DNA of 64,000 nt from an uncultured bacterium (lineage in GTDB: Bacteria > Chloroflexota > UBA5177 > JANWHV01). Position 1 is the first letter of the stretch. Every line of letters starts with the position of its first letter. The DNA lies in assembly GCA_963827235.1 (NCBI GenBank), contig CAWHAE010000010.1:128001-192000 (forward strand). The letters run 5' to 3'. This document shows, one piece after another, positions 61,665-64,000 of the stretch. The notes under the pieces were generated by a model. The model ran no database searches. It worked only from the letters and a program-made list of their open reading frames with translations, and had not been told where the DNA came from. Made by a program: the position numbers and the translations under genes.

Positions 61665-63452
61665 ATGAATCGACTATTCTTCTGCGCGGCGGCCTTTGCG
61701 ATGCTCACCGTCGGCGGAGCGCTCCCCTCGCAGGCGGCAGTGCTGCCGGCTGGCAGCACGATTGCGGCGCTCGGCAGCGATTTCGCGACGTCCCTCACCG
61801 GCGCGATTCCCGGGAAGGGGCGCACGCTGCGCCTGGACGTGCGCCGCAGCGGCGACGACAAGAGCGTGCAGCTTGCACTGACCATCCGGAACGCCGCAGG
61901 CACCTCCGGCAGCGATTTCACGTTCGGCGTGCCGGCGAGCGACCTGGTACTGGGCAGCGGCAGCGCCGGCCTGGATACGCACCAGCATCTGGGCCGCTAC
62001 GGCACCATCAGCGTGCGGTGGACGTACGGCGCCCCACCCGCCCAGATCACACTGCCCGCCGATCCCTGCCTGGGCACCGCCGCCACGTCCGTGACGCGCG
62101 CAGTCGCCGGCGCCAGCGGCCGCCTGGCCCTCGCGCTGCCCGGGGAAGGCTCCGTGGACGTGCCGCTGGGCAGTGCCGGGCTGGCGCTCGATAGCGGGTA
62201 CAATGTCAGGCTGCCGGAGAGCAACGACTTGCCGGACCGGCGCATCTACTACACGAGCGTGAGCGCCACGAAGTCCCTCGGCGCCGGCAAGAGCCTGCTG
62301 GTTACCGCCATCAACACGGGCAGGACGGCCAGGATCACCTTCACGCTCAGGTCGAGCGGCGCTGCGAGCACAGGACTGATAAGCTCCAGTCACTTTGCCA
62401 CCGACTCGCTGCCGCTTGCCGGCTTGACTACCGGCACTGGCAAGGCGGGCCAGCCGGCAACCACGCTCACTTATAAGGGCGCCCTGGGCAGCGCCGGCCT
62501 CGCCTTCACCGGCAGCGGTGAGCCGATGGTCGCGAGCGACAAGGGCCGCTGCGTCAATCCAAACGCCGCTGCGGCAGACTTGGGCAAGACCGTGGGCGAA
62601 CAGCTGGCGCGCGCGGCCGTCGAGGGCTCCGTGAGCCTGTCGGCCACTGCCGCTTCCGGCGTCCTGCGCGCCACGTTCGGCAACGGCGACCTGGGAATGG
62701 TCGCCGTATACGGCCCCACGACTGCCGCCGCGGGCGTGCCGTCCGCTACGGGCACCGGGCTGCCCGTGTTCGGCAGAGGCGATGTCCCCGGGATTCGGCA
62801 GATCGGTCCGGCGCCAGGCGGCGAGCTGTCTGCTGCTAGAGCCATTACCGTGACCTTCGCGCATCCCCTGCCCGCGCACGCGTACCTGGTAGTCATGCTC
62901 GAGGGGCCTGGAGGCGCGGTCCCGCTTTCGGATCCGGTGCTGCACGGTAACGCTGCAACGGTGACACTCACCTCCCCGGCAGCGCTCGAGCCAGGGAGGT
63001 ATACGCTTGAGGTGAGCGCGACCAGCCGGTCCGGCGGCCAGGTCTTCTATGATGGGACGTACGTCGTAAGCGCCAGGCTCAGCGCGGGCGGTACGCCGGT
63101 CGCGCGCGGCACGGCGCTGCCCGGCGTGATTGTCACCGGCGACTTCCCGCCCGTTGTCGGCATGAGCCCGGAGCCCGGCAGCACGATCACCACCCGAACC
63201 CCGACCTTCGTGGTGACACTCAGGTCCCGCCCGGCCGCCGACGCGAGCTTCCATGTGGTGTGCGGCCCGTCGGATAGCAAGGGCAATCCCACGGGCATGG
63301 TGCAACTATCGGACCCGGTAGTGCAGGGCAACACCGTCACCGCGTCCGTCCTCTCCTCCTCTGCGCTGAGCCCCGGACGCTACGTGTTCATCATCCAGGG
63401 CGGTGACGGCGGCGGCCTGCTTGAGTTCCGGGCGATGTACACTGTCAAATAG
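61665..63452 (+). CDS. Secreted beta-rich protein with two C-terminal Ig/CopC-like repeats
   Basis: Signal peptide ending SQA; two repeats P.PG....LSDPV..GN......AL.PGRY. Confidence 0.7.
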   Translation: MNRLFFCAAAFAMLTVGGALPSQAAVLPAGSTIAALGSDFATSLTGAIPGKGRTLRLDVRRSGDDKSVQLALTIRNAAGTSGSDFTFGVPASDLVLGSGSAGLDTHQHLGRYGTISVRWTYGAPPAQITLPADPCLGTAATSVTRAVAGASGRLALALPGEGSVDVPLGSAGLALDSGYNVRLPESNDLPDRRIYYTSVSATKSLGAGKSLLVTAINTGRTARITFTLRSSGAASTGLISSSHFATDSLPLAGLTTGTGKAGQPATTLTYKGALGSAGLAFTGSGEPMVASDKGRCVNPNAAAADLGKTVGEQLARAAVEGSVSLSATAASGVLRATFGNGDLGMVAVYGPTTAAAGVPSATGTGLPVFGRGDVPGIRQIGPAPGGELSAARAITVTFAHPLPAHAYLVVMLEGPGGAVPLSDPVLHGNAATVTLTSPAALEPGRYTLEVSATSRSGGQVFYDGTYVVSARLSAGGTPVARGTALPGVIVTGDFPPVVGMSPEPGSTITTRTPTFVVTLRSRPAADASFHVVCGPSDSKGNPTGMVQLSDPVVQGNTVTASVLSSSALSPGRYVFIIQGGDGGGLLEFRAMYTVK

Positions 63453-64000
63453 GTACGCCGTGAGGAGGAGTTGCCGCCGCAGGTGCTCACAGATCGACGT
63501 GGCTGCCTAGAAGCCTCCAAACAGCAGGATCACGGACCTTCGCGACGCTCCTCTAGGATCGCCTCAGAGACCGCTGCGCTGCTCTTCTCCTTGCTGCTCT
63601 ACTGTTCTGTTCGGGTGACACCACCTAGTTTGATTGGTTCCGAGTGCGACTCCCACCAACAAGCCACACAGCGTGCCTGACACCGACGGACTGTTGGTCG
63701 GCTGGCTCGCCTCATTTTGATGGACCGGCTCGAAATCCCATTTGTCACGAGCCAGAGCAAATCGGCCTTCACCACCGCCTGCGCGGCCGTCTACACTTCA
63801 GCCGTGCGTATGGCCGGTCTGCTTACGAGTCCGTTGGCATTCAGAGCAGCCCATCGTTGTTCGTGGCCAGGAAACGCTGCACTGAGGCTTGGAGTTCATT
63901 GGAGCGGTGCTATCCTCATCACAGCGGAGCGCACAGTCATTGATACCCATTGGCAAGACCGCCTGAGCCTCCTGTGTTGCTGCTCGATCCTGTTCGTTTG

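Noticed and set aside
1-64000. CRISPR array, tRNA or rRNA genes
   Set aside because: No regularly spaced repeat array or recognisable structural RNA found by eye

Overview
GC-rich bacterial chromosomal window, probably Chloroflexota or a related soil lineage (inferred from gene content only). Many conserved genes carry isolated 1-bp indels, most likely long-read errors. 1-12 kb is core-like: parA (plus a probable parB start) divergent from a nurA / HAS-barrel / herA operon, then htrA, a two-component system, hsp20 and lon. From 12 kb on the region is accessory and partly decaying. It holds hutH and an EltD-like dehydrogenase separated by a ~10 kb insert flanked by a 1,021-bp direct repeat, an ACT-DUF711 pair, a LacI / ABC / GH3 sugar locus, five copies or remnants of XRE-HTH + STAND ATPase + TPR regulators interspersed with secreted proteins (one polyglycine-hydrolase-like), tyrosine recombinase and ISKra4-like remnants, and mosaics of gene fragments. 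Best leads: (1) a promoter architecture found three times next to the XRE-STAND-TPR genes (three phased CTGT(G/T)C boxes, then CATACT at a fixed distance), suggesting an undescribed activator regulon; (2) the integrase-free island bounded by a 1-kb, ~1%-diverged duplication.
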